A DNA stretch of 63,915 bases, the filler included, from Reticulomyxa filosa (Eukaryota; Protista; Foraminifera): the NCBI GenBank assembly GCA_000512085.1. It is 12 parts of 12 records of this genome, joined end to end, with 100 filler letters (N's around TTAATTAATTAA, not from the genome) between each part and the next. Parts side by side here need not be neighbours in the genome. Positions count along the whole stretch, not along the records: positions 44,485 to 57,294 come from ASPP01004872.1; positions 57,395 to 59,491 come from ASPP01039293.1; positions 59,592 to 62,345 come from ASPP01000741.1; positions 62,446 to 63,915 come from ASPP01007135.1; 8 more parts are not named here. The stretch is one strand, 5' to 3'. Of the stretch, positions 48,540 to 62,481 are shown piece after piece. Below the pieces are notes generated by a model. That model worked only from the letters and a program-made list of their open reading frames with translations, was not told the origin of the DNA and did no database searches. Position 1 is the stretch's first letter, and each line of letters opens with the position of its first letter. A program made the position numbers and the translations under genes.

Positions 48540-51500
48540 CCCTGGTAACAATAACTTCGCCACTGACTTTTTTGTCGACTTGTGTTATCTTTGAGAGAAT
48601 TTCGTTGCAATAACATCAACGATTGTCTACAATCTTTTCTTATTAAGATTTCGTATATTTGACTAATCTTTCTTACGTACTTCATTGACCAGAATTGTCC
48701 GTTCTTTTTACCTTTGTTCAATCAAATTGTTCTTCTTGTGGCAACAACAAATTTTGTCAATTCTTTTACGATCTTGACTCTTGTTGCAGGTGACCATTTT
48801 TTGTTACCAATTAATAAATGCTTCAGTTCCATTGTTTTCGCATCCAATTCTGGGATCAGGTTCGCCGCAGCTGCAAACCATTTCATACGTAATTCATTGT
48901 ACTGTGGGCATTTCATTAAGAAATGATCCACAGTTTCGGGTTCATTTTTGCGCCAATCACACTCTGGTGCTTGCGCACGCTTAATTTTGTAAAGGTAATA
49001 ATTTAGCACTACTTTTCATGTGATAATTCTGCAAATGATCCTTCGTTCGTGTACTTCTAGACAATGAAGGACAATCTTTTGAAAAGATTGCCTTCAATAA
49101 GATTACGTATGTATTTCTTGAGATGCTTGTGAAGATATCTTTCGTTATCTTCATTGGTCCAATGTCTATTCCACAATAACGTGAAATAGTGATCTAATCC
49201 ATGCGCATTCAAAAACAATGCACTTTTGTCAGGCCTTTGAAATATATCGTGCTTTGTACCTTGAGCACTTTCTCTTGCACGCTTTGCAACTTGATATGCC
49301 TTTTCGTTTCCTGTAATACCTGAATATCCTTTGATACAATATATTTCATGCAAATTGTCGGCATCCATCATTGGCATAATCATCTGACATTCAAAATTAC
49401 GACTAGTTCTTTCTTATTTGTGTAATATTTTTCTACATATTCTAATGCAGTTTTTATTTATTCAATTTCTGAACAAATACTTGTAGTGATCACTTTAATT
49501 GGAATTTCCAATTTAATCCATTCATATAGTGATGGGTCTTGAACAGCCAATCCAACACTAATACCAGGGTTGGTCATTGTGCTTACATCTGCAAATATAA
49601 CAATACAGTCGTTATCCAATGATACCAATACTTAACTTGATGTTGGTTCAATCCATCTTTGAAACGGTATTTGATTGAATTGGGATATTAGACATTTGGG
49701 TTATAGTGATGCTATTCAATGATTTCAGCTTAGTGGTCATGTCAATACAATGTAATCCAGCCAATGAAATATTAATATACACCCGTGATAGTGTCGAAAA
49801 TTTTTCCAACTAACAAAAATACTCTACTAGTTGGAAATCATGATTTCTTTTCAATAACTGGTATGCTTGACTAAGATTGTGGTTGGACATTTTTGTGAAT
49901 ATCTTTCAAATCTTTGGAATACTTTACATATTCTTGCTGCAGTCTCAGTTCCAAAGGATGCATTTGAGAAATAATGTTGACTGTATCATACGCAGTGCTT
50001 TGTATTACTACCAATATTCTACATAGTGTCATAAGCTGAATTCTTTCTAACTTTTTCTTATTTGATTCAGCGGCTCCATTCCAGAGTGCACATGCATATT
50101 CCAAATTTGGTCTGATTATTGTTTTATATAATAAATTGTAAACACTCATATTGGGTCTAAATCCTTTGTAGGAACAAAGGAAAGTCAAATAGCCAAGTTT
50201 TCTTGCTGCCTTCTCATATACGTAATTAATGTGACCATTATAATTTAATTGTGCGTCCATAATTAGTCCCAAATATTTGACTTTGTTCGTTTATGGAATT
50301 TTTGCATCCATGATATGGATTGATAATGGAATGTATTTCCTTTTGTTTCTGCACCGAAATGTAGTGCATTGTGATTTTTTCGATTACAATATCATCTTCA
50401 ATTTTGATGATATTCCATCAAGACTGTTTTGAAGTAACTGCAATTGATGGCTCATTTCGCACATGTCCGACGTATAAATTGATTTCCACATTACAACATC
50501 ATCTGCAAACATCCTACATTGAATTGGTTCATGGACTTCAATCGTGATATCATTGATTTAAAACAGGAAAAGTAATGGGGGCAAAGATGAGCCTTGGGGC
50601 AATCTAGTGTTGAATTCATATATCGATGAAGTGATCCCATTGATGACGACTTGTCCTAATCTGTCGGATAAAAAACTGTTAATCCGCCAATATAGTCTGC
50701 TACGAAGATTGAACTAATGTCGCATTTTAAAACGTAATCCATCACACCATACACTATCGTATGCAGATGAAATATCTAACATTGCAGCATATGTGACTCC
50801 ATTCTTATTAAATGATGCATGAATTGACTCTGACAATCTCAGTAGAAGTTCAGATGTGTTATGCTAGTGTTGAAATCCTGCTTGGCTATGATGTAACATT
50901 TGGTGCTCGTTCAAATATCGCATTAACCTAATCGTCACAATACGTTCCTCAATTTTCCTACACATGATAGCAGTGATATTGAACTGTAGTTTTTACACAT
51001 ACTTGGATCACGATCTGGTTTAGGAATTGCAACAATATTTGCTTTTTCCCATGCCTTAGGGAAATAACCAATTATGTAACTCCATCCAAAGAGCGTCACG
51101 ATTGATTCACTCAAACTTTGTCCACCATTTTTCAGCATCAAATTATGAATATTATCAGGGCCTTGTGATTTGTAAGCAGACACTTGTTTTATTGCCTCTA
51201 TTATTTCATCTTCGGTGATATCTGATTGATATCATTCAAGTAGTGAATAATATTCACCTAGTTCAAAACCTCTTGACATCTGCACAGCCGAGCATATTTC
51301 ATATTCGACATATTGATAATATTTTTCGTCGATACAAGACGATGCATTATGTTTATAATAGGTATAAATTTAAGATTTGTAAGTCATTTGCGTTGATGAA
51401 ATACAGGACAGCTTCTCCCATTTCATCATTGTTTTTATCCAGCCAAGCATGGTGATATGCATTCCAGTTTCCGCCAATTACAATATGATCGGAGATTTTT

Positions 51501-53780
51501 TTGGCAGCTGAATACTCTTTTTTGAATTCCAACAAATGAAATACATTGGTATTAAAAAGAGACTGACATTCTTCTGAAATTACACTGAATTTTTGGATGT
51601 TTCGGTAGATACTGCAAAATAATAACGGTTTGTGTTGACTTGGAAATGAGACTTCCACCCAACAAGATTCGTATCCCAACATGTCAAATTTGTATGGATT
51701 ATGGAATACTAATCTTTTGGTTGAATGAAGCAAATAAATATGCGGTTGAATAATGTAAATTTTGTTCTAATATTTGTAACTTCGAATAGAAGCCATTTAT
51801 ATTGTTTTGAAATATTTTAAGATGACTTACCATTGGTTCATATATTTATCTGTTGTTTCATTTGCGTTGAATGATAAATCTTGTGAGAAATTATTATTGA
51901 CTCCATTGTTCCAATTACGTTCAATCGATTGCATTATTTTATTAATGAATGAACTTAATTTGTCAATGGTGGCTCTTAAACTTGCAACTTCAGCAAGAAT
52001 AGCATAGACATCATCATATTCATGACCAATGTGTTGATGTTGTTGTTTATTGTCTTTCTTGAAGATTTCTGTCTAATTTTTTCATCTAGTGTTGACATTA
52101 TACTTCATTTTTTTGTTTGGCTCTTGTTTTGATCTAGTTTTTGATTTGGAGTCGACCTTTCTTTACAATGTTTGTAACTTGCACTTTGATTGTTTATTTG
52201 CATTCGTCATTATTTTTATATATGTTGGATTTTCTTTATGATCTTGATTTACTTTGACTCTTTTTCTTTCAATAATATCAGTTTCGCGTTTGGTGAATGT
52301 AATACATAGTCTCTGTATAGTTTCTTGAATTTTTGTGTATATTAATGAACTGCTTCTGGATTTCCTTTGCATAATATGCATTGATGTTTCTTTGTATTTT
52401 TGAATTTGCATTTTATCGAACTGTAATTTATTCTTCCACAATACTTGCAGACTGGTTTTCTATTTCATTCATTTGCAATTTGATTCAACCAATAACATTT
52501 ACGACATTGCTTGAACGATTTTCTTGGGCGACTATATTGATCAAATAATTCGCATTTTACTTGTCGATAACCAATAAAGATGTTGTCATCTTTAAAATGC
52601 GTTTAACATCTTCTGCCGATACTAGCAATATCTTTACCATTTGCAGAACATTGAATCGGTAAATTTATTGTACTTTATAATGATATTCCGCTAGTGTATC
52701 GATAATATCTTTTTCCGATTCACGCAAATTAATATTTTTGATTAATACATAATAGTTCAAATCCGGATTGCTTACTGATTCCAAGCTATTCTTTTTTACA
52801 TCTTCTGTACATTTGGGCATTACAAATTGCATATCCTTTTCATTTTTGGAGTCATTTTGATCCTATTGTTTGTTATAGTTATCATTAAAATGTTTTGCAA
52901 TTTCTTCCAACTCTGAATGTTGAGTATTCTGCGTCAAATGGACATAAAGTGTCCTCCAACTTGTCGAATGATTGTAAGTCTTGATCTTTGATCGAACATA
53001 TTTTGGATCAAGCGCCATAAATCGGATCAATGACGATGCAAATAATAACATTAGTCCTTTGACAGTAGTAATGACTAATGTTGGAAAATTTATGCAGAAG
53101 AATTTTCGTCAAATTTTTATTCTATTTTTCAAAACATTTTCTTCAGTCACTTCGTCATTCTTTTTCTGTTCATTTAAGTCTTTTTTTATTTCATTTTCTT
53201 TAGTAAATATTTCTTATTTTTCGCTCTTTTCAGGAATTTTTTCAAATATTGTAGCTTTAATTTCAACTTTTTGCCTTTTATTTTTAGTTTGATGGTATGA
53301 TTCATCACCATAATTATCATTTTCTTGTAATTTTCTTCTTTTACTATTCGATGGCTTCGTTGCATAAACTGAAATTATAAATTATGTATTGTCTTTCGTA
53401 GTCATTGTAGCATCAGTAATGTTCTGTGAACTTTCTAAAAAATATTTATAACAAGATATATCTAGTAGATATCTTGCTGGAACTACAATATCTTCGAGAA
53501 CAAGTTATTTTCCCACAATTTTCACAATGATTAATATAGGTTTTTTTTTTAGTTTTTTTGTTTTTTTGTTTTCTTATATCTGAAGGCATTACAGAAGCGC
53601 ATTGTGTTATGTTTTCGGTGTGTTTTTCCTGTTGTATTTTGATTCAAAGTCACATTCACTAAAGCACATTGACTGGCACATAACTCAGCAATTTTTATAT
53701 ATTCGGTGTTATGTGAGCATTAAGGAGTATATGTGAGAGATTCTGTTGAAATTGAGAACGATTTAGCGATCAGTAGGAGT
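48540..53780 (-). mobile_element. Degenerate non-LTR retrotransposon (LINE): ORF1 with Cys knuckles; ORF2 with APE endonuclease, RT, RNase H and C-terminal Zn finger
   Basis: ORF1 CRKCY / CKYCG / CILCKG remnants (~52360-52510). Endonuclease LLFCSIYR and IVIGGNWNAYH (~51450-51630). RT KSQGPDNI, WEKANIVAIPKP, ISLLSCVGKL, QAGF, LDISSAYDSVW, LPQGSS, FADD (~50495-50510), KYLG and LYKTIIRPNLEYA. RNase H IFAD and KGYSGITGNEKA. C-terminal ETVDHFLMKCPQY. Many stops and frameshifts; boundaries approximate. Confidence 0.92.
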
Positions 53781-53955
53781 ATCTTAAGACTTTTTAAATG
53801 ATGGACAATGTGTTATTACTGCCAGCTTTGGGATTCCATCTTTCCCATTAACAAAAGAAAAATGTTGCAGCAAGTGAAAAGAATTGAAACAAACAAGCAA
53901 ACAAAAATTTCTAATTTGACAAATGAAATAGTCATAAAATATTTTGGGTTGTGGA

Positions 53956-55020
53956 TCAAGGTAATAAGCGAGTAGTTTCAGAATGAGGATCCTGTTGTTT
54001 GTGTGCCCTGGTGGCATTGAACTGTAGAAACAAAGGTTTGAGTACAACATTAATGAGTTGTTCAATTTCCTGCTCTTTGGTGTCAAGTTGTGTCTTCAGT
54101 TCGGTGACCCGAGTGCTGGAGAGCAGTCGTTCCATTGCGCTATGAAACAACATTCCAACACAACATAACAACAACCCTGCACACAAGACCAATGCCCCAA
54201 CGACTAGCAGCGCAATCATCTCACCACGACCACGCGTGGACGCGGTCGAACAGGCAATCACGACCGCGGATCCGACGACCACATGGACCAGCACGAGTAG
54301 ATTTATGCATCGATGGATGACCAAAGGGGCCTCTTCCAAGAGATTTCGTCGGAGGGATTTGAAAGAGTGCAAAGTAGCTTCGATTTCACTCAATTCGACA
54401 TTCTCCAAAATGTGCGTGATCAAACAAGCCACTTCCTCTGATGTCATTTCCATTAGACGCTCCCGCGATATGTTCAGCTCACTTAATATCTTAAATTGTC
54501 GCAAACATTTCAGTTGCTTCATCGGCCTTATTAAACCCTCGCGTATTCGGATTATTACGTATACAACTGCTGCTAGCAGCACGCAACCGCCTAGTATACC
54601 CACTGCGCCTATTGCCAAACTCGTGAATCCGCATATTATCAATAGCATTGCCATCAAGCCGATTGAACCTTTTTATCTCCATTTTTTTTGGTTTGTTTTT
54701 TTTTTTATGGACTTACAAGGTTTATTTAGGCCTGTTTCAACAAAGAACACTTTTCATGCTTCGTCTTGTTCACACTTGCCTCCTATTTTTAGTAGTATCT
54801 TTTTTGCATATTCGATGTAATATATCGCGTTGTCTCCCATTTGGGCGGCTGCCTCAAACGCGGCCTTATGCTGCTGCAACATCTGCAACACTATTCTTTC
54901 CGTTGTTTCTTGGGGGAGCTTTGGGCCATCTTCCTCTCTTCCTTGTGGAGAAGAAGCTCCATTTATGGGAACATCCTCAAAAGAGCCTGGAAATGATGGT
55001 GGAAAAGGTGACGGATTCAT
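53956..55020 (-). CDS. Hypothetical membrane protein (two hydrophobic hairpins + short coiled coil), 2 exons
   Basis: ORF 54754-55020 (ATG start) and ORF 53956-54657 are separated by an A-rich intron. Four long hydrophobic segments. Confidence 0.55.
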
Positions 55021-55525
55021 ATCATATATTATTATTAAGTTTTTCTCCCTTTCTTTTTTTTATGCACTATCATCACTTTTACAACGTTTAATGTAAAAAA
55101 AATATATGTTCAAGGTTCTGATCATTTGGATCATAAAATAAATAAATTATATATTTATATAATTCATAATGAAATTTAATATATAAAATTATCTCTTAAT
55201 AGAAAAACAATTTTATTCATTTTTGTAATTTGGCAGTGATTTTTGTTCATCATAAAAAATTTCATAAATAAAAATTACTTGAAGTAAAATTCTTTTGTTA
55301 ATTTTCACTTTTAAATTTTTTACCAATCAAGGAGGGGGCGAACAAATTTCAATTATTTTCCTTTTGTTACAAACTTTATGTTGCTCTGGCTATATTCAAT
55401 TTCATTTTGCAATCATACAATTTTTTCATCTCCCTAGTTAATGGAAGTATTTATGCTGAAAAAAGATCCAATGTTTTTTTCCTATAATCATTTAGCCAAA
55501 AAGGGGGAAAAAGTTGAATCCAACG

Positions 55526-57129
55526 ATGACATATAAATTTAATTTTTTCCGATCCAATTTGATCTTATGCAAACGTTCCATCAACCTTCAACAGAAAAAT
55601 GCAAAATTAAGATCTCAGTGTCGGTTGATATTGACCAAATCGGCAAATGACAAAGCAGCAGCACAGCAACAAACGAAAGAAGCAAACAAAGAGCAAGTCG
55701 GCACAGCATTGAAAAGCAACACCGTCCCAGACGAGGCCAAGTCTGTGGATATCTGGCAAATGTTACGTGAAATGAAGGAGCACAAAACAGCAGACTTTGC
55801 AATGTACAAAAAAGCATTTAGGTACTGTTCATTACATGCGGACAGCAGACTTGCGATTGAAGTATATGAAATGGGCCGATGTCATCCGAAACTGTTTGAT
55901 GACATAAATTTCCACAACATATTTTTTTGGTGTCTAAACCAGCAAAGGCAAGCATTGCAATCGCTTGAGATTTTCAACCGACTAATGCACGAGCTGCCTC
56001 ATATCAAGCCAGATGTAGCGACATTTCGCACTCTGATGAAAGGGTGCAAGCTCCAGCAAATGACCAATCAGGCGGTGACACTACTCGGATTGATGAAGTG
56101 GAAGTACAGCTTGGACCCTACTGTGATCGACTATACGTATGTATTGGAGATGTGTGCGAACATGCGTGACTTGGAAAGCGGTGAAAAAGTGATCATTCAA
56201 ATATTGTCACAACAGAAGGCAAATGCCGAGTTCTGTATCGATGCAGCTGCAATGCATGCGATGCTAAAGCTGTATGCCGAATGCAAACAAGTGGACAAAA
56301 TGATGAACATTTTTTTGCACTGTCCGAACCAAGGCAGTTGGAACATTGTCCATCTGGTCACTATGGTCGGAGGCTTTCTCAAAGCGAGACGACCTCGTGA
56401 CGCTTTGTTACTGTGCGAACAAACTTGTTTGGAACAGTTGGACTGGGTGAACAACCCAGCCGATGTCAATGACACTGATGCTGCTGCCGTTCACTCTTTC
56501 AAAACAATTCAAATGTTGCGCTGCACCGCACATTTGGAAATAATGAATACGGAAAAACATTTGCATTTCAAACAAAGACAGTTTCATCAACGGCAAATTG
56601 TGAAACTATTTTTTCAAACTTTTGTTTTGCTTTCAAATTATCATACATCTTCTATTTCCAAACGTGATTTACTTGTTTTGGTCGAGTCTTTCATCGTCTT
56701 GTATCGTGATGATTGGACAAAAGCAATCCCTGCGTTCACCAAATTGACCACTCTTTTTTCAAACGAGTTAGATTGGTGGGATCGATCCCATCGCATGATC
56801 GAATTCAAAAGGACGGAAAAAAACATTGCTTCTTTTCTAATTCGTTATTTCATGGCCTTCAAACGAACGGAAGTACTTCGTCATTGCGGTCATGAAGGCA
56901 GTCCGGATGTCTTGCTATTGTGTGAATCTGCACCCCTGGCAAGGAAGTGAAAAACAATCCTACGCTTGGGATTGCAAAGCATTTACAAGACGAAATGATG
57001 CGTTGGAAAGTACCGATCCAAATGACTGAAATTTCAAAAGGAATTTGGAGACTTGATCAAAAACAAGTGCTTGAGATGTGGGAAAAGTTTCCACAGAGTA
57101 ATGCTTCTTTTTGTCCAAAAAATCTTTAA
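55526..57129 (+). CDS. Pentatricopeptide-repeat (PPR) protein with probable degenerate C-terminal Smr domain; one frameshift at the C run near 56932-56936
   Basis: PPR-like 35-aa helices (PDVATFRTLMKGC, PTVIDYTYVLEMCA, AAAMHAMLKLYAEC, IVHLVTMVGGFL) and a basic organellar-type N-terminus. Removing one C joins ORF 55514-56950 to 56947-57129. Confidence 0.75.
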
Positions 57130-58799
57130 ATACTGTGCCAAACGTCTTTTTACAAAGGGACTGCTTTTTAAAAAAAACACAACTCATTTGCTCTTGAATG
57201 TCTTCATTGTTCCGTAAAAGTACTTGAAGTAATACATCTAACTTTGAAGCCTTGTAGTGAGACTACTTACGTCACAATGGAGTCAGTATGACTCNNNNNN
57301 NNNNNNNNNNNNNNNNNNNNNNNNNNNNNNNNNNNNNNTTAATTAATTAANNNNNNNNNNNNNNNNNNNNNNNNNNNNNNNNNNNNNNNNNNNNTTTTTT
57401 TTTTTTTTTTGCGCTAATAAAATTAGCGTCATTTTCATAACAATCGTTTTTTTAGCGCCAGTAGATCGCAGTTGGGCTCCATCTTTGGCGATTTGCAAGT
57501 CAGCAATGATTTGTAGATACTTGCATGCTGACGTTGATTGTTGCCAAATTCTTTCCAATGCTTCGGGTTGCCAACGCTATACATTGCAAATCTTCCATTG
57601 GAGCACGCTATTGGACGTTAGTTCGCTCCCGCGAGTGGCGACTTTGCGCGTTTCTGAGACGAAGGATAATTTCTATAACAAAACTCAGAAAGCAGGCAGA
57701 CAGTTGTTTTTTCTATAGAAAAAAATCCAAAGCGATGTAACTTCTGGATTTTCTTCTGTCCAACATCATCCGAGTCTTTCTCTTCTTGTCGATTGGTGTC
57801 TTGCCGGAGTTTCGCCACGCCTCCTTCACTACTTTGCACGATACATCAAGTTTTTTTTTTCTTCTGGCGAACTTCTAGCGGCACCAACGATTCATCACAT
57901 CAGCAGCATACTCAAATTAAAAACCAAACTCGCGAATATGCGCACGCACACTACCAGTTTTGACACAGTAGTTAGCTCCATTTTCTTAACATCCGATCTT
58001 TTCTTATTCTTTGCCGTTTGTAAGTCTAAGTTTGACGCTATCTTTGCGGACAATTATTGACGTAGCAAAACGCCAGAGACTTATTTGAACATATGTTGAT
58101 GGCCAATTTATTTCCAATTGCTCGGATTACCATTTCTTGACATTTCCACACACTTATTTGTTATTTTTGACTGGCGCGTTCTATGTGAAAGTATTTCACG
58201 ACTGGAAACACGAAGCCTCCACTCGCTGGCGTGAAGGGTCAGTACATAACCATACTAAACAAATCTAAACTATTTTTTTAAAACAGATTTAACGTGATAT
58301 TATCTTTCTTCTCCTCATTCTCATCCTTCTTCTCATCATATTACTATTCTTGCTTGCCAATGTCTTTACTGAGCTTCGCAAGACTCCTACACCATCGATT
58401 GCCATACGTTTACTAACAACTTCCACTCTATTTTTTTCATCAACTTCTACTAATTCTCTGTCGCCTTTGCGACACAACACTTTTCTACTTTGAGTATCTC
58501 CAAACCTTTCTTTCGCCGTTTAGCTTCACCAAGACCAACTTTCCGAACTTAAACTGGTAAAATCTTGCCAACTGTCCCACGAGATCTGATGGATTTTTGT
58601 TTAAAAAAATTGTATATCTTCTGATTAGGCACACTTGAGCTAACAATATTTGCATTGGAGATTTAATGATTGATTAATATTTTTATACATTTTTTCATCT
58701 TGGACGTATTAGTTGCAAATGATTAATCTAATCAGCATATGCACGACCTAAAATTAAAGTTGCGAATGTACGTACGCACAACTAGCTTCAACACGAGTT

Positions 58800-59262
58800 T
58801 CTATTTTCTGCGCTTCGATTGTTGGCGCTCTTTCTTTTTCTTTTCTTTTTCATTATCTTTTCATTTCTCCCTTTTTCCCCTTATTTTTTTATCTTTTTCT
58901 CTATCTTTTTTTTCTTATTTTCCAATTGACATTTTATTATTATTATTATTCATTTTCGATATTTTTTATTTTTTTAATTTTCTAATTCTTTTATTTTTAA
59001 TTTTCTAATTCTTTTTCCATTTTTTTAAATAAAATTTTTTCTACAATTTATTTTTTCACAATCTTTCACTTTTTCCTTATTTTTTCCCCATCTTTCCCCC
59101 TATTTTTATTATTTTTTCTCCATTTTTCTCCCCATATTTTCACAATATTTTCCTCCCTCTTTTCCAATATTTTTCTTCAATCTTTTCCCAACCATTTCCC
59201 CATCTATTTTTTCACTATCAAATAAAAATAAAAAAAATAAAAAAAACATTTTCTTTTTTTTT
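58800..59262. repeat. Pyrimidine-rich low-complexity tract
   Basis: Almost G-free T/C/A runs. Confidence 0.7.
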
Positions 59263-59675
59263 TGAACATGGGGGTGGCTTCAACCCCTAAGTTTTTCTTT
59301 GGAGAGATTGGACGTATAAATTTTTTATTTTTTTGGACAGAGGGCTGCAGCTGTAATGCAAAAAACACATAATGTCATTATGCAAAAAAATAAAAAATAA
59401 AAAAATAGATTTAACAAACCATGATTTCTCCTTGTGGAGACGGGGGGCCTTGCCCATTTTCTTTTTTCTTTTGTTAAAGGATGCACAGCACNNNNNNNNN
59501 NNNNNNNNNNNNNNNNNNNNNNNNNNNNNNNNNNNTTAATTAATTAANNNNNNNNNNNNNNNNNNNNNNNNNNNNNNNNNNNNNNNNNNNNACACACACA
59601 CACATATACATACATATACATACATATACGTATACATATGTGTACACGTTGCATCAATTGCAATTCAAACAAATA

Positions 59676-60982
59676 GCTGCGTCGCATATTGGATGAAGGC
59701 AAGTCCCAAAACACATTGGACGAAAAAGAAACAGAGTCCAATACCAAAATGGGCACTCCGAAAATTGGATCAAAGGACAAAGATCGAGATAAGGACGCGC
59801 GAATGGAAAAGCGCTCGAACGAGTCCTCCACGCGACAATCGAGCGGAGTGAAGCCCAACTCTTTGTTGGGACGCAATATCTGGTGGTAACACGTCGTCGC
59901 CCAAAGTGCAGCCCGTCTCCGTCTCCGCCTCGCTTCCCTACGGACAAAAGTCGAGCAATCTCTCCAAATCCTTTCGGAAGCCGTCCCTTCATTGATGGAT
60001 CAAAATCAACGAACCACGACGGATACCGAAGTGTTTCGTCATTGTCGCCATCATGTGACCAATGCTGCCAATGGGTCCTCTCAGACGACGACGACAACGA
60101 CGGATAACAAAGACACGAGCTACAACAACGGTAGGAAAGAGGACTTGGATGCGGAAAAAAGAGAGGAGAATCGTGAATCTTCTCCACTGACTGCATCATC
60201 CTCGACGAAATTGTCTTTGAAAAAGTTGAAACAAAGTTTGGAGGACAAAAAGGGGTCTCACTCCAATATTTCAACGGATAGTTCCTCCTCCGTTTCTTGC
60301 TTGTCCGTCAAGGATAGCGCGTTTTATATCACTGTAGCCAATGTCGCCGTTAGTGAGTTGCTGCAACAAACAAATCCCAATTCCAAAGGATATTGGGTGC
60401 CTTCCGACACCGAGACCCCCAACAAAGTGTTCATTTATCAGTTCTTACATTCCACTGATGAATACCAACATTACATGGGAAAAGGGATTGTTCATGCTCA
60501 GCCGCAAGAAATCTATCGCACTTTGTGTGATCCCTTCTTTCGGTTTCGCTACGATAAAATCATTGAAACCATTGAAGTCCTCGAAAAACTTGATGACAAC
60601 ACCTATATTGCTCGCTTTGTTCACACTTCCAATCAGTGCTATATGAAAGTCAGTCGCGAAAGTATTTTGGTGATCAAATACAAAGAAATCATTCCCAATG
60701 AACGTTATGTGCTGGTTGGTGTCACTGTTCAACACCCGTCCTTTTCTCAACCCAACAAACATTCTCTCGTGCAAATGGATATCAAGCCCTCAGGTTGGGT
60801 CATTGAAAGAAATGCCAAAAGGCCCGATGACTCCATTGTTGCTTATATCACTGACACTTGTATCGGGGGAAAGGTCCCTCAGAGCATTGCCAAAATGCTT
60901 GCAAAAAAAACAGCCTTTGGCCATTCTTGATGTTCAAAAACATTTCAATGAAATAAAAAAAAACAAACAGTCAAAAACATAA
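59676..60982 (+). CDS. START (lipid-binding) domain protein, 5'-truncated, with one in-frame TAA (59887-59889) and one homopolymer frameshift (~60905)
   Basis: YMGKGIVHAQPQEIY..L.D...RFRYD, IEVLEKLDDNTYI, VSRESI, QHP, SGWVIE and IGGKVPQSI..MLAKKQPLAI match the START fold layout. Confidence 0.8.
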
Positions 60983-61739
60983 ATTGATTATCCATACAAT
61001 ATTGATTACATACCTTTTTGATAATGTCAATGCTTCTCAAAATCATAAAAACTCTTTCTTAAATTTTTCGCTACTCTCTTTGAAAAGTTGTTCGCTCAAA
61101 TTTACGAGAGAAGAGAAGAAAAAAAAAAAGGCCAAATCCGATACGAATTAAACAATTTCAAGAGAGCCGAAAAAAACAAAAATAACAAGTTATTAAATTT
61201 TTTTTGTTCAGTTAGTTGAAATAAAACTGTTTAGTTAAAAAAAAACACCAGAAAAAAAGTTTTTTCTTGATGTTAGCGAAAAGGCCTACGTTGCATCAAC
61301 AAAACAACAAAAAAATACCAACAATAATAAATGAAAGAACCATAAAGAAAAAAACTTTGAAACCTCCTGGTGTGTATAATGAACCACCACACCATCAGAA
61401 ACGGCACAATAATAACCGCAAAAAAAAAATTTTTTAAAGAAGATTAATGATATACTCGTTACTTAAAAATTTTTTTGCATTTCAAAAAAATAAACGAAAT
61501 GAGAATGGAATCAATGTCATTCACCCAAGTCATTCTTGTAAGACGACTACATCGTATCCAATTTTGGAGAATTAACTTAATTTCATTTTCAGTCCACTGC
61601 AAGACAGTAAACAAATCAACCAAAAGCAGCACTCGTTATAAAAAAAAGGAGAGCATATGTATGTTATGCATATGTTATGTACATAAATCTATATATATTT
61701 ATACGCATAGTAAAGAAGAGAAATGGAGAAAGTCAGTTT

Positions 61740-62345
61740 TTTTTGTTTTTTTTTTTATGCAAAACGCCGATTAATTCTCTTGGTTTGATGGCGTAATGAC
61801 TGTGAGTGAAGCCATTAGAATCCCATCCTCCAAGCAGATGGATAGAAGTATCGCAATGATTATAGACGCCCCAGCCACCACCAAAATTGGTGGGCAAGGT
61901 AAGTTGTGACTGAGTCCATTTCTGTTGTTGCGAGTGATAGATGTGGATATGCGATTGATAGGTTTTATCGATGATGCACTTTTGCCAATGACGTTATCAA
62001 AGTTTCCACTGATCAATTTCCATTCGTTCACGTGATTTGAATGACATTGCTTTGAATCACTTTCTTTCCAATACACTTTTATATTTCATGGCTAACGCAC
62101 TTTTTTGCATCCCATAGCCATTTATGGACAACAGTAACGTCATCGCTTCCCCATATTCCTTTGCAACACAATGTGTCCAAATATTTTTATTTCTGTTGGA
62201 TAATCACAGATTTTTTTGTAGGCTCGCTTTTCGACATGGTAAGAGTAACATTCGCTGTTGAATAATCCTCCGCAAATCACTATCTCGTTGTTCAGCGACA
62301 CACACACATTGAGTTAATCCAAAGCTATTCTTTGGCAAATCATAC
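61740..62345 (-). pseudogene. Kelch-like beta-propeller family remnant
   Basis: CVSLNNEIVICGGLFNSECYSYHVEKRAYKKICDYP..FGH (~62170-62310), and in another frame QKWTQSQLTLPTNFGGGWGVYNHCDTSIHLLGGWD (~61820-61925). Stops and frameshifts lie between them. Confidence 0.6.
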
Positions 62346-62445
62346 NNNNNNNNNNNNNNNNNNNNNNNNNNNNNNNNNNNNNNNNNNNNTTAATTAATTA
62401 ANNNNNNNNNNNNNNNNNNNNNNNNNNNNNNNNNNNNNNNNNNNN

Positions 62446-62481
<36 letters not shown>

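Noticed and set aside
57395-58640. GC-richer minus-strand stretch that looks like decayed coding sequence
   Set aside because: It is broken by many stops, and I could not assign a family.
56930-60910. Programmed ribosomal frameshifting in the PPR and START genes (also near 10740 and 28290)
   Set aside because: The slips sit in or beside homopolymer runs, so sequencing or assembly indels are the simpler explanation.
16062-62445. Regularly recurring TTAATTAATTAA flanked by N runs, as a biological repeat or CRISPR-like array
   Set aside because: It is an invariant 100-bp six-frame-stop linker used to concatenate contigs. ORFs running into it, and gene neighbourhoods across it, are artefacts.
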